Shown here piece by piece: positions 18,986 to 29,346 of a stretch of DNA of 56,395 nucleotides. Position 1 is the stretch's first letter. Every line of letters starts with the position of its first letter. Origin of the DNA: Bacteroidota bacterium (GTDB lineage Bacteria > Bacteroidota > Bacteroidia > UKL13-3); assembly GCA_027487625.1 (NCBI GenBank), contig JAIYDG010000641.1, forward strand, positions 1 to 56,395. The letters are read 5' to 3'. Under the pieces are notes generated by a model, which saw nothing but the letters and a program-made list of their open reading frames with translations, made no database searches and was not told the DNA's origin. The position numbers and the translations under genes were made by a program.

Positions 18986-20347
18986 TTAATAAATGTCGTA
19001 CAAAAGATGGCCCATGCTAAAATAAATAGCAATGCCCAATAAATCATTGGTAGTTGTAATAAAAGGTCCAGTTGCAATTGCCGGATCAATCTTTAATTTA
19101 TTCAACAAAAGCGGCACAAAAGTCCCAAAAAGAGAAGCAAAAATTATTACAGTTATTAATGCTATTGAAACCGTAAATGCCAAATCAGTTGAATTATTAA
19201 AAACTAAATTATATGCTAAAATTAATATTGAACAAATTAAACCATTGATTAAAGCTACTCTTGATTCCTTTAAAATTTTTGGTACGATATTTTTTGTTCC
19301 CAATGTATCGTTTGCCAAACCTTGAACCACAATAGCCGAAGATTGTACACCGGCATTCCCGCCCATAGCAGCAATTAAGGGCATAAAAAAGGCCATTTCA
19401 GGGTGAATTCTAATTTGGTCTTCGTATAATTCAATAAATCTCGAACTGGCAATTCCACCTAATAATCCAATAATTAACCATGGCAAACGAGCTCTGGCCA
19501 AAATCCAAACCTTATCTGTTGCGTCAACATCTTCTGTAATACCCGACATTAACTGGTAATTCTCATCAGCTTCTTCCTGCATTACATCAACCACGTCATC
19601 AACTGTAATTCTACCAACTAATCTTCCTAATGGGTCTACAACTGGAACAACTACTAAATCATATTTTCTTGTAAGATTTGAAATTTCTTCAATAGAACAA
19701 GATGTAGGAACTGATATTACTTCTTTATTATAAACATCAGATAATAAAGAATTTGGACTAGCTAAAATTAGGTTTTTTAAAGTAATTAATCCCACTAATC
19801 TTTCAAATTCATCGGTAATATAAACTACGTAAATAGTATCAACATTTTCTGCTTGTGCTCTAATCTCTTCTATACAAGCAGCAACTGTTGAAGTAATTTT
19901 AGACTTTACCAATTCTACAGCCATCAAACTACCTGCAGTATATTCCTTATAACTTAAAAGTGATAAAAGCTGACTCGCGTATTCAATATCCGTTAATTTA
20001 TTAATAACCTCATCTTTCCTTTCTTCTGGAAGTTGGCCTAATACATAAACAGCATCATCTGAATCCATCTTTTCAATGAATTCATTTGCAATATCAAACG
20101 GTGAAAACGATTCAAAAAACGATTCTCGGTTAGGTTCTTCAATTTCAACCAAAACTTTAACCAATTTTTCTTTTTCAACAAGCGTTAAAATTAATCGAGA
20201 TTCTTCTAAAGTTAAGCCATTAACCACCTCTGCAATATCTTGTGCATACATTGATTCAAGAAGTACACTAATTTCTATATTAGTTCCCTCCTGAATCCAC
20301 TTTTTTATTTGTTTGATTAAGTTTTTGTCTACTTGTCTTTTTTCCAT
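18986..20347 (-). CDS. mgtE: Magnesium transporter MgtE
   Basis: TAGSLM, CBS pair, GRITVDD, RLPWL, MGGNAGVQS, DPAIATGPFITTTND. Confidence 0.97.
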   Translation of the reverse strand: MEKRQVDKNLIKQIKKWIQEGTNIEISVLLESMYAQDIAEVVNGLTLEESRLILTLVEKEKLVKVLVEIEEPNRESFFESFSPFDIANEFIEKMDSDDAVYVLGQLPEERKDEVINKLTDIEYASQLLSLLSYKEYTAGSLMAVELVKSKITSTVAACIEEIRAQAENVDTIYVVYITDEFERLVGLITLKNLILASPNSLLSDVYNKEVISVPTSCSIEEISNLTRKYDLVVVPVVDPLGRLVGRITVDDVVDVMQEEADENYQLMSGITEDVDATDKVWILARARLPWLIIGLLGGIASSRFIELYEDQIRIHPEMAFFMPLIAAMGGNAGVQSSAIVVQGLANDTLGTKNIVPKILKESRVALINGLICSILILAYNLVFNNSTDLAFTVSIALITVIIFASLFGTFVPLLLNKLKIDPAIATGPFITTTNDLLGIAIYFSMGHLLYDIY

Positions 20348-21123
20348 TGTCCCTTTTCTTGAACCAAATTTGTTAAATCAACAAAATCTTGTAATGATAG
20401 TTCCTCGGCTCTTTTTCCTGCAAATAAACCCAATTGTTCATCATTTATACCAAAGCTTGAAATAGCATTTCGTAATTTTTTTCTTCTTTGATTGAAAGCT
20501 GTTTTAACAACTGTTTTTAATAATGATTGATTACAATTAGGAAGTTCCGATTTACGGATCATTCTAATTACACCAGATTTTACTTTTGGTGGAGGAGTAA
20601 ATACATCTTCATGAACGGTAAAAAGGTAATCAACCTGATAATAAGCCTGGGTTATAACCGAAATAATTCCATATTCTTTTCCACCAGGCTTTGCACTTAA
20701 ACGCTCTGCAACTTCCTTTTGGAACATTCCCACTAACATTGGAATTAATTCTTTGTTATCGAGCACCTTAAAAACAATCTGAGATGAAATATTATAAGGA
20801 AAGTTCCCGATTACAATTAATTCCGATTGAAAAAATTCTCTAAAATCTAAATCCAAAAAGCTCTTTTCCAACAAACGATTTTCTAACTTCGGATAGTTTT
20901 TTTGGAGGTATAGAATAGATTCGTGGTCTATTTCAGCGGCCCAAATCTTCCTTTCAGAGGCATTTAACAAATAATTGGTAAGCACCCCCATGCCAGGCCC
21001 AACTTCTAAAACATCCTCAACCTTTGAATGACTTAATAAGCCATCAACAATATTAAAGGCAATATTTTTATCATTTAAAAAGTGCTGACCTAAATTTTTC
21101 TTTGCTTTTACCAATTCCGACAT
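20329..21123 (-). CDS. rsmA: 16S rRNA adenine dimethyltransferase RsmA/KsgA
   Basis: Start ATG 21123; KKNLGQHFL, LEVGPGMG, GNFPYNISS, FTPPPKVKS. Confidence 0.97.
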   Translation of the reverse strand: MSELVKAKKNLGQHFLNDKNIAFNIVDGLLSHSKVEDVLEVGPGMGVLTNYLLNASERKIWAAEIDHESILYLQKNYPKLENRLLEKSFLDLDFREFFQSELIVIGNFPYNISSQIVFKVLDNKELIPMLVGMFQKEVAERLSAKPGGKEYGIISVITQAYYQVDYLFTVHEDVFTPPPKVKSGVIRMIRKSELPNCNQSLLKTVVKTAFNQRRKKLRNAISSFGINDEQLGLFAGKRAEELSLQDFVDLTNLVQEKGQWKKDK

Positions 21124-21278
21124 GTTACAAAGAGAAGGATTTTGAAGCAGTAATTTAATAACAACCAAAATTTTTATTCTGCCATTCCTAAAAAATAAAA
21201 AATGAAGATAATACTGTAAATAAATATTCAAGAAGTCTGATTTTATTTCATTTTATTTGATGAATCAATCGAAAAAAT

Positions 21279-21557
21279 ATGAAAACATTACAAAAGTTTA
21301 TCCTTGTTTTTGCTCTGATTTTATTCAGTGGCATCATGAACTTAAATGCACAAACAGTTTATGTAACTGAAAAAGGCAAAAAGTACCATGCAAAAAATTG
21401 TGACCTGGTAAAAACAGGTAAAAAAGGAATGGAATTGGCTGCTGCAAAAAAAGCAGGATTTGGTCCTTGTGGACATTGTAAAGTTGAAGCAACTGAAGAA
21501 AAAAAGGCAGAAGCTAAAACTGAAAAGCCAGCAAAAGCTAAACCTAAAAAGAAGTAA
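21279..21557 (+). CDS. Small exported protein with a putative metal-binding H/C motif and Lys-rich tail
   Basis: Signal peptide ending LNA-Q; VYVTEKGKKYHxxxC...CGHC; followed by a terminator. Confidence 0.7.
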   Translation: MKTLQKFILVFALILFSGIMNLNAQTVYVTEKGKKYHAKNCDLVKTGKKGMELAAAKKAGFGPCGHCKVEATEEKKAEAKTEKPAKAKPKKK

Positions 21558-21570
21558 TTCAAAAACTTAG

Positions 21571-21606
21571 AAAAAAAATGGACTAAAATTTTAGTCCATT
21601 TTTTTT
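21571..21606 (+). terminator. Intrinsic terminator
   Basis: Perfect palindrome A8TGGACTAAAA/TTTTAGTCCAT8. Confidence 0.75.
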
Positions 21607-21676
21607 GCCCTTTTCTCAAATTAATATTAATTGATTAGGGCTGATAAAAGCCTATTTTTGCAAAAATTGTTCAATT

Positions 21677-23116
21677 ATGGAATTCAAAATATCAAAATCA
21701 AGTTCGGCTCAAGTAAGCAGTATAAATTTAATTAATGAAAAATCGGATTTAACTCTATTTGGATTAAATAAGGAAGAGATTACCTATTTGAAAAAAAGAT
21801 TAGGAAAGAAAGAATACTTTACTCATTTAAACAGACTTAGCAAATCAGATTTTTTTCAATTTGAAGAAGGACTTAAAGATTCTGGAAATCCAGCATTTTA
21901 TGAAACTTTGAGAGGAATTGGTAACAAAATCACTGGTATTCTCAATACCAACAAATATGAAAAAATTCAAATTGTAGGATTTGATAAAAGCTCAGCATTG
22001 GCTTTAGCTGAAGGAATTGCCTTATCGAATTATCAATTCTTAAAATATAAAACAGGTGAAAAGGAAGCTAATTCATTGAAAGAAATTAGTATTCTAAACA
22101 AAGAAATTAAAGAATCTGAACTAGAAGAATTGAATGCTGTTTGTGAAGCAGTTTTTTTAGCCCGAGATTTAGTTAATGAACCACAATCGTATTTAGATGC
22201 TCCAAAACTGGCATCTGAAATTAGAAAAATGGGAAAAAATGCCGGTTTCAAAGTTGAGGTTTTAAACAAATCACAAATTGAAGCACTAAAAATGGGTGGC
22301 TTATTAGCTGTAAATATGGGAAGTCAAATTCCACCAACATTTTCTATCATGGAATACAAACCAGCTAAGGCCAGAAATAAAAAACCTGTTGTTTTAGTTG
22401 GTAAAGGTGTTGTTTATGATACTGGAGGATTGAGCCTAAAACCTACTCCAAATAGCATGGATACAATGAAATGTGATATGGCTGGCGCAGCAGCAGTTTC
22501 ATGTGCAATGTATGCAATAGCAAAAGCAGAGTTAAATGTTCATGTAATTGCTTTGGTTCCAGCAACAGATAACCGTCCAGGAGAAAATGCTTATACACCT
22601 GGTGATGTCATAAAAATGTATGATGGGCAGACAGTTGAAGTTTTAAATACAGATGCCGAAGGAAGAATGATTTTGGGAGATGCTTTGGCTTATGCTAAAA
22701 AATACAAACCAGAATTGGTTATGGATTTTGCAACATTAACTGGTGCAGCAGCAGCAGCAATTGGGTCATACGGAATTGTATGCATGGGAACTGCATCAGA
22801 AGAAACCAAAGCAAAACTAAAAACTGCAGGTAACAATGTTCACGAAAGATTGGTTGAGTTTCCTTTTTGGGATGATTATGCCAAACTTATTAAAAGTGAT
22901 ATTGCTGACATGAAAAATATTGGTGGACCTGTTGGAGGAGCAATCACAGCAGGTAAATTTCTTGAAAAATTCACTGATTACCCTTGGATGCACTTTGATA
23001 TCGCAGGTCCTGCATTTTTAGGTTCTAACGATAGTTACAGAGGGAAAAACGGAACTGGCGTTGGAGTTAGACTAATTTTCGATTTTATTAAAAACTATCA
23101 AGCCGAAAATAAATAA
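21677..23116 (+). CDS. pepA: Leucyl aminopeptidase (M17)
   Basis: GKGVVYDTGG, MKCDMAG, NTDAEGR, ATLTGA, HFDIAG; promoter box TATTTTTG at 21653-21660. Confidence 0.95.
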   Translation: MEFKISKSSSAQVSSINLINEKSDLTLFGLNKEEITYLKKRLGKKEYFTHLNRLSKSDFFQFEEGLKDSGNPAFYETLRGIGNKITGILNTNKYEKIQIVGFDKSSALALAEGIALSNYQFLKYKTGEKEANSLKEISILNKEIKESELEELNAVCEAVFLARDLVNEPQSYLDAPKLASEIRKMGKNAGFKVEVLNKSQIEALKMGGLLAVNMGSQIPPTFSIMEYKPAKARNKKPVVLVGKGVVYDTGGLSLKPTPNSMDTMKCDMAGAAAVSCAMYAIAKAELNVHVIALVPATDNRPGENAYTPGDVIKMYDGQTVEVLNTDAEGRMILGDALAYAKKYKPELVMDFATLTGAAAAAIGSYGIVCMGTASEETKAKLKTAGNNVHERLVEFPFWDDYAKLIKSDIADMKNIGGPVGGAITAGKFLEKFTDYPWMHFDIAGPAFLGSNDSYRGKNGTGVGVRLIFDFIKNYQAENK

Positions 23117-23117
23117 G

Positions 23118-24185
23118 ATGAGCAAATTACCTATCGTAGGAATTAGTATTGGCGACATAAATAGTGTAGCTGTTGAAGTTGTAATTAAGTCTTTGGTTGA
23201 TCATAGACTAAATGAATACTGCATACCTGTTGTTTATGGTTCATCAAAAGTGATTAGTTTCTGGAGAAAAAACTTAAACCTACCTGATTTTCAATTAAAT
23301 ATTGTTAAATCTATAGACCAGATAAATGCCCGAAAGAGCAATATTATCAACGTATGGGAAGAAGATGTAGAAATTAAACCGGGAGAAGCAACAGAATTAG
23401 CAGGAAAATATGCATTTAAGGCATTAGAAGCAGCCACTAATGATATTGTTGAAGGGAAAATTCATGCTTTGGTTACTGCACCTTTAAACAAAAATACAGT
23501 TAACACTGCTGAATTAAGATTTACAGGACATACAGAATACCTTGCAGAAAGAGCCGGAGCTGAAAGTTTAATGATTTTAGCGAGTCAGGATATTAGAGTT
23601 GCTTTAGTTACTGGGCATATTCCAATAGGTGAAATCGCACAAAAACTAAATAAAGAACTGATTATTAGCAAAATAAAATTATTTCACAATAGTTTAAAAA
23701 ATGATTTTGGTATAAATAGTCCTAGAATTGCTGTGTTAGGCTTAAATCCTCATGCTGGTGATAATGGCTTACTAGGTAAGGAGGAGTTAGAAATTATTAT
23801 TCCTGCAGTGGAACAATCACAAAAAGAAATAAACGGAATCGTTTTTGGTCCTTATCCGGCTGATGGTTTTTTTGGTTCAGGTCAGTATAACAAATTTGAT
23901 GGAGTTCTGGCAATGTACCACGATCAGGGCTTAATTCCTTTTAAATCAATGGCATTTATGGATGGAGTAAATATTACAACAGGATTACCTTTTGTTAGAA
24001 CCTCTCCGGACCATGGAACCGCATATTCGATTGCTGGAAAAAATATTGCTAATGAAGAATCTTTCAGAAATGCATTGTATGCTGCATTAGATATTTTAGG
24101 AAAAAGAAATTTTTCTAAAGAAATAAATTCAAATCCACTTCCATTGACACCAATGAAAAGGGAAAGATTTAGAATTGACTTTTAA
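23118..24185 (+). CDS. pdxA: 4-hydroxythreonine-4-phosphate dehydrogenase PdxA
   Basis: VTAPLNK, GHTEYL, LNPHAGD, AMYHDQG, RTSPDHGTA. Confidence 0.96.
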   Translation: MSKLPIVGISIGDINSVAVEVVIKSLVDHRLNEYCIPVVYGSSKVISFWRKNLNLPDFQLNIVKSIDQINARKSNIINVWEEDVEIKPGEATELAGKYAFKALEAATNDIVEGKIHALVTAPLNKNTVNTAELRFTGHTEYLAERAGAESLMILASQDIRVALVTGHIPIGEIAQKLNKELIISKIKLFHNSLKNDFGINSPRIAVLGLNPHAGDNGLLGKEELEIIIPAVEQSQKEINGIVFGPYPADGFFGSGQYNKFDGVLAMYHDQGLIPFKSMAFMDGVNITTGLPFVRTSPDHGTAYSIAGKNIANEESFRNALYAALDILGKRNFSKEINSNPLPLTPMKRERFRIDF

Positions 24186-24321
24186 TCTGTCTAAAAAAAC
24201 AGAAGAAAAGGTAAAAAAAGTGGGAAAATTGCCCAAAAAAACATCTTAGTGACTGAAAATCAGAATAAAACAAAAAAAACTAAATTTTTAGTACAAAGTC
24301 GTATTTTTGTCGGCTCGAAAA

Positions 24322-24846
24322 ATGGGATTGAAGACTAATACATATTTAATTGAATTCAATAAGTTACAACATGGCTTAAATGAATATGAATTTGGTATAA
24401 ATGATGAATTTTTATCGGATTTTGAATTTTCACCAATTAAATCTGGAGATGTAAAAGCAGAAGTAGCAATTACAAAATCAGAAAATGTATTAGAATTTGA
24501 AGTTCATTTAGAAGGAAGTGTTCTGGTTCCATGCGATACATGTTTAACAGAAATTAATTTACCGGTAGATGAGTATTTTGATTTTCTGATAAAAATGAGT
24601 GAAGAAAATAATTTCGATGATCCTGAAATTATTTATTTAAATCGTAATGAAATCAGCTATGATTTGAAGCAATTTCTATATGAAAGCGTATTATTGTCGC
24701 TTCCAAATGTTAAAAATTGCGATGGATTTGAAGAACCGAAACCATGTGATCAAACCGTTCTGAACAGAATTCAGAGCCAAGTAGATGATAATGAGGAAGA
24801 TTCTGATGATCCAAGATGGGAAAAATTAAAAGATATATTAAAATAA
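24322..24846 (+). CDS. yceD: DUF177/YceD family protein
   Basis: CDTC, C-terminal DPRWEKLK, directly upstream of rpmF. Start moved to ATG 24322 because the TTG at 24307 is part of the TATTTTTG promoter box (24302-24309). Confidence 0.88.
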   Translation: MGLKTNTYLIEFNKLQHGLNEYEFGINDEFLSDFEFSPIKSGDVKAEVAITKSENVLEFEVHLEGSVLVPCDTCLTEINLPVDEYFDFLIKMSEENNFDDPEIIYLNRNEISYDLKQFLYESVLLSLPNVKNCDGFEEPKPCDQTVLNRIQSQVDDNEEDSDDPRWEKLKDILK

Positions 24847-24869
24847 CTAATAAATAGGAGAAATATAAA

Positions 24870-25055
24870 ATGCCACATCCAAAACGAAAAATCTCGAACT
24901 CACGTCGCGACAAACGCAGAACACATTACAAAGGAGCTGCTCCTACATTAACCACAGACGTAACATCTGGTGAAATACATTTACGTCACCGTGTTACAGC
25001 AAACGGTTACTATAAAGGAAAGCTTGCATTTCCTGAAATGAATAAAGATATTTAA
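24870..25055 (+). CDS. rpmF: 50S ribosomal protein L32 (cysteine-free form)
   Basis: MPHPKRKISNSRRDKRRTH...HLRHRV...GYYKG. Confidence 0.97.
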   Translation: MPHPKRKISNSRRDKRRTHYKGAAPTLTTDVTSGEIHLRHRVTANGYYKGKLAFPEMNKDI

Positions 25056-25083
25056 TCATTCTCCACCTTCAACCCTGAGGTAA

Positions 25084-26040
25084 ATGAAGATTGGTTTTGA
25101 TGTCATGGGAGGCGATTTCGCCCCCAAGGAAGCGATTGCGGGAGCAATTCTTGCCCACAAAGAATTGGGAGATTCTGTAAAAATTGTTTTAATAGGTGAT
25201 GAAGAACAAATTCAACATCATTTAGAAAATGAAGGAGTAAATCCGGAAATATTTGAAGTTGTTCATACAACTGAGGTTATTGGAATGGGTGAACATCCTA
25301 CAAAAGCAATCTCACAAAAAAAGAACTCAAGTATTGCTGTCGGATTTGGACTTCTAGCTTCTAAAAAACTTGATGCATTTGTAAGTGCAGGAAACACAGG
25401 AGCTATGTTAGTAGGTTCAATGTTTTCTGTTAAACCTATTGAAGGTGTAATACGTCCAAGTATCACAGCTACAGTTCCTAAACTAAATGGTAAATTTGGT
25501 TTAATTTTAGATGTTGGTGCAAATGCAGATTGCAAACCCGATGTATTGTTTCAATTTGGTATTCTTGGTTCATTAATGATGAAGCATGTTTACGGAATTG
25601 ATGACCCTAAAGTTGGCTTATTAAGTATCGGTGAAGAAAAAGAAAAAGGAAACTTAATAACCACTGCAGCTCATCATATGATGGAAGACACCACTGCATT
25701 CCACTTTATTGGTAATGTAGAAGGCAGAGACTTTTTAAATGACAAAGCTGACGTTATTGTATGTGAAGGATTTACTGGAAATGTGGTCCTTAAAGCTTTT
25801 GAATCAATGTTTTATGTATTGAAGAAAAGAGGCATACAAGACGAATTCATTGAGAGATTCAATTATGAAAATTATGGAGGAACACCTATTTTAGGAGTAA
25901 ATGCCCCTGTAATTATCGGACATGGAATTTCGAATGCAAAAGCTTTTAAAAATATGATTTTTACAGCTAAGAATGTTGTTGATTCAGACTTAGTTAATAT
26001 AATTAGAACTTCATTAAAAGATGTAGTTCTACCTATCTAA
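25084..26040 (+). CDS. plsX: Phosphate acyltransferase PlsX
   Basis: [34 protein letters not shown]. Confidence 0.97.
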   Translation: MKIGFDVMGGDFAPKEAIAGAILAHKELGDSVKIVLIGDEEQIQHHLENEGVNPEIFEVVHTTEVIGMGEHPTKAISQKKNSSIAVGFGLLASKKLDAFVSAGNTGAMLVGSMFSVKPIEGVIRPSITATVPKLNGKFGLILDVGANADCKPDVLFQFGILGSLMMKHVYGIDDPKVGLLSIGEEKEKGNLITTAAHHMMEDTTAFHFIGNVEGRDFLNDKADVIVCEGFTGNVVLKAFESMFYVLKKRGIQDEFIERFNYENYGGTPILGVNAPVIIGHGISNAKAFKNMIFTAKNVVDSDLVNIIRTSLKDVVLPI

Positions 26041-26042
26041 AA

Positions 26043-27041
26043 ATGAATAAAATTACAGCCGCAATTACCGCAGTTAATGGATACGTTCCACCAACAGTAT
26101 TAAGTAATAAAGATTTAGAGAAACTGGTAGATACCAACGATGAGTGGATTATGACCAGAACCGGTATCAAAGAGAGAAGAATCTTAAATGAACCGGGATT
26201 AGCTACATCTGATATGGCTGTAGAAGCGGTAAATGGATTATTGAAGAAACGAGGAATTGGAGCAGAAGAAATTGACTTAATTATTTTTGCTACAGTTACA
26301 AGTGATATGATTTTCCCTTCAGCTGCTTGTATTTTAGCTGATAAAATTGGAGCAAAAAATGCTTTTGGTTATGACCTAGCAGCTGCTTGCTCCGGTTTCT
26401 TATTTTCTATTGAAACAGCCTCAAACTTTATTTGTGCTGGTAAGTATAAAAAAGTATTGGTAGTTGGTGGCGATAAAATGTCGTCAATTATTGATTATAC
26501 TGATAGAAATACTTGTATCATTTTTGGAGATGGATGTGGTGCGGTTTTATTAGAGCCTAATTATGAAGGATTAGGGGTTATTGATTCTGTTTTGAAAATT
26601 GATGGAAGTGGAAGACATTTTTTACATCAAAAAGCAGGCGGTTCACTAAAACCACCAAGCCACGAAACTATTGATGCCAAAGAACATTTTGTTTATCAAG
26701 ATGGTAAAACAGTATTCAAATTTGCTGTAACAGGAATGGCCGATGTATCGGCACAAATCATGGAAAGAAATAATCTTAGTTCTGAAGATATTGCCTGGTT
26801 AGTGCCACATCAAGCAAATTTGCGTATCATTGATGCAACAGCAGAAAGAATGGGGTTGGGTAAAGAAAAAGTGATGATTAATATCGATCATTTTGGAAAT
26901 ACTACAAACGGCACATTACCATTGTGTTTATGGGAATGGGAAAATAAATTAAAAAAAGGCGATAATTTAGTTTTGGCAGCCTTTGGGGGGGGATTTACTT
27001 GGGGAGCGATTTATTTAAAATGGGCTTATGATGGAATATAA
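26043..27041 (+). CDS. fabH: Beta-ketoacyl-ACP synthase III
   Basis: [26 protein letters not shown]. Confidence 0.97.
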   Translation: MNKITAAITAVNGYVPPTVLSNKDLEKLVDTNDEWIMTRTGIKERRILNEPGLATSDMAVEAVNGLLKKRGIGAEEIDLIIFATVTSDMIFPSAACILADKIGAKNAFGYDLAAACSGFLFSIETASNFICAGKYKKVLVVGGDKMSSIIDYTDRNTCIIFGDGCGAVLLEPNYEGLGVIDSVLKIDGSGRHFLHQKAGGSLKPPSHETIDAKEHFVYQDGKTVFKFAVTGMADVSAQIMERNNLSSEDIAWLVPHQANLRIIDATAERMGLGKEKVMINIDHFGNTTNGTLPLCLWEWENKLKKGDNLVLAAFGGGFTWGAIYLKWAYDGI

Positions 27042-27112
27042 TTGCTAAAAATTAACCAAAAGCAATTTCATTTCATTTTTTTTATATTTTTGACTTTCTT
27101 AATCATTCATTT

Positions 27113-27604
27113 ATGGAATTAAAAGAAATCAAGGAACTGATAAGATTAGTTTCTGATGCAGGAGTATCTGAGGTTGAGGTTGAACGTGGAGATTTTAAAA
27201 TTTCCATCAAGAAAACTGACGACAAAGTAACTTATGTTCAAAGTGCACCAGCTATTGCACATCCAATTTATCATGAAGCACCAAGAACTGCTCCGGCAGC
27301 ATCTGATATGCACATGGAAAGAATGGAAGCTCCAGCTGCAAAAGCTGATAGCATCAGCGGAAATTATATCACAATAAAATCTCCGATGATTGGTACATAT
27401 TACAAATCTCCATCACCTGATAAACCACAGTTTATTCAAATTGGTGATGAAATTAAACCAGGTCAAGTTTTATGTATCGTTGAGGCAATGAAACTTTTTA
27501 ACGAAATCGAATCTGAAATCTCAGGTAGAATTGTTAAAATTTTAGTTGAAAATGCTTCACCGGTTGAATACGATCAACCACTATTCTTAGTTGAGCCTAT
27601 TTAG
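27113..27604 (+). CDS. accB: Acetyl-CoA carboxylase biotin carboxyl carrier protein
   Basis: IKSPMIGT, EAMKL biotinylation motif. Confidence 0.98.
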   Translation: MELKEIKELIRLVSDAGVSEVEVERGDFKISIKKTDDKVTYVQSAPAIAHPIYHEAPRTAPAASDMHMERMEAPAAKADSISGNYITIKSPMIGTYYKSPSPDKPQFIQIGDEIKPGQVLCIVEAMKLFNEIESEISGRIVKILVENASPVEYDQPLFLVEPI

Positions 27605-27653
27605 TTCATTAAGTTGAGCAATAAGGTTTTACAGATAGATAAACAAAAACAAC

Positions 27654-29000
27654 ATGTTTAAAAAAATACTGATTGCTAATCGTGGTGAGATAGCTTTACG
27701 TGTAATACGTACAGCCAGAGAAATGGGAATTAAAACCGTTGCTGTATACTCAACCGCAGATAGAGATAGCCTTCATGTAAGATTTGCTGATGAAGCGGTT
27801 TGCATAGGACCTCCTCCTTCGCCTCAATCTTATTTGAATATGGCCAATATTATTGCAGCTGCAGAAATTACAAATGCTGATGCAATTCATCCGGGTTATG
27901 GATTTCTTTCTGAAAATGCTAAGTTTTCTCAAATATGCCGTGACCATGGTATTAAGTTTATTGGCGCTTCACCAGAGATGATTAACTCTATGGGTGATAA
28001 AGCCAGTGCTAAAGATACCATGAAAAAAGCCGGTGTGCCAGTAATTCCTGGTTCTGAAGGCTTATTATCAAGCGCGGAAGAAGGTATTGAATTAGCAAAA
28101 CAAATTGGCTACCCTGTAATTATCAAAGCAACTGCCGGTGGCGGTGGTCGTGGTATGAGAATTATATGGAAAGACGAGGAATTCGAAAAAAATTGGGATA
28201 GCGCAAAACAAGAAGCTGCTGCTGCTTTTGGAAACGATGGTATCTACATGGAAAAATATGTGGAAGAACCTCGCCATATTGAAATCCAATTAGCTGGTGA
28301 CCAATATGGAAAAGTTTGTCATTTAAGTGAAAGAGATTGTTCAATTCAACGCAGACATCAAAAGCTGGTTGAAGAAAGTCCTTCTCCTTTTATTACAGAT
28401 GAACTTCGTGAAAAAATGGGTGCTGCTGCCATTGCCGGTGCTTCTGCCATTGGATATGAAGGTTTAGGTACTATCGAATTTTTGGTAGATAAGCACAGAA
28501 ACTTCTACTTCATGGAAATGAATACTCGTATTCAGGTTGAACACCCGGTTACAGAAGAAGTTATAAATTTTGACCTTGTTAAAGAACAAATTTTAATAGC
28601 TGCAGGCGTTCCTATTAGTGGAAGAAATTACTATCCAACTCGTCATGCAATTGAAGTGAGAATCAATGCTGAAGATCCTTATAATAATTTCAGACCTACT
28701 CCTGGTAAAATTGAGTACTTACACAAACCAGGCGGACATGGAGTTAGGGTTGATACACATATTTATGCCGGATATACTATTCCGTCAAATTATGATTCAA
28801 TGATTGCTAAAATGATTGTTACGGCTCAAACCAGAGAAGAAGCAATTATTAAAATGGAAAGAGCTTTAGGTGAGTTCATCATCGAAGGTCCAGGATTGAA
28901 AACAACAATTCCTCTTCAAATAAAACTGATGCAAAATGAAGACTTTAAAAAAGGAAACTTCACTACTGCATTTATGAATACATTTGATATCAACAAATAA
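27654..29000 (+). CDS. accC: Acetyl-CoA carboxylase biotin carboxylase
   Basis: [34 protein letters not shown]. Confidence 0.98.
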   Translation: MFKKILIANRGEIALRVIRTAREMGIKTVAVYSTADRDSLHVRFADEAVCIGPPPSPQSYLNMANIIAAAEITNADAIHPGYGFLSENAKFSQICRDHGIKFIGASPEMINSMGDKASAKDTMKKAGVPVIPGSEGLLSSAEEGIELAKQIGYPVIIKATAGGGGRGMRIIWKDEEFEKNWDSAKQEAAAAFGNDGIYMEKYVEEPRHIEIQLAGDQYGKVCHLSERDCSIQRRHQKLVEESPSPFITDELREKMGAAAIAGASAIGYEGLGTIEFLVDKHRNFYFMEMNTRIQVEHPVTEEVINFDLVKEQILIAAGVPISGRNYYPTRHAIEVRINAEDPYNNFRPTPGKIEYLHKPGGHGVRVDTHIYAGYTIPSNYDSMIAKMIVTAQTREEAIIKMERALGEFIIEGPGLKTTIPLQIKLMQNEDFKKGNFTTAFMNTFDINK

Positions 29001-29002
29001 TT

Positions 29003-29042
29003 AAAAAAGGGCTGATTCGTAAAGAATTGGCCCTTTTCTTTT
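29003..29042 (+). terminator. Intrinsic terminator after accC
   Basis: AAAAGGGCTGATTC-GTAAA-GAATTGGCCCTTTT. Confidence 0.75.
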
Positions 29043-29045
29043 AGT

Positions 29046-29300
29046 ATGGAACTTTTACCTCTATTGTTTTTACATCCACCGGTTACAGGTTATTATGCTA
29101 GTTCGAAAGGTTATTCATTTTGGACCTGGTTTTTTATTGGTTTATTCCTTCCAATCATTGCTAATATCATTCTTTACTTTTTAAAAGATAAACCTGTTGA
29201 ATTAGGTGAAATCATTTTACATGAGCATGAAGACAATGTTTTATTTAGTAAAGATGGATTTTCAACTAACCAAAAAATTGATGGACATCGCATTCATTAA
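29046..29300 (+). CDS. Small hypothetical membrane protein
   Basis: GYYASSKGYSFWTWFFIGLFLP TM-hairpin pattern. Confidence 0.6.
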   Translation: MELLPLLFLHPPVTGYYASSKGYSFWTWFFIGLFLPIIANIILYFLKDKPVELGEIILHEHEDNVLFSKDGFSTNQKIDGHRIH

Positions 29301-29346
29301 TAAATGAAAAACGTCAAGTTTTGGCTTTTGCTTTTTTGTAATCAGC

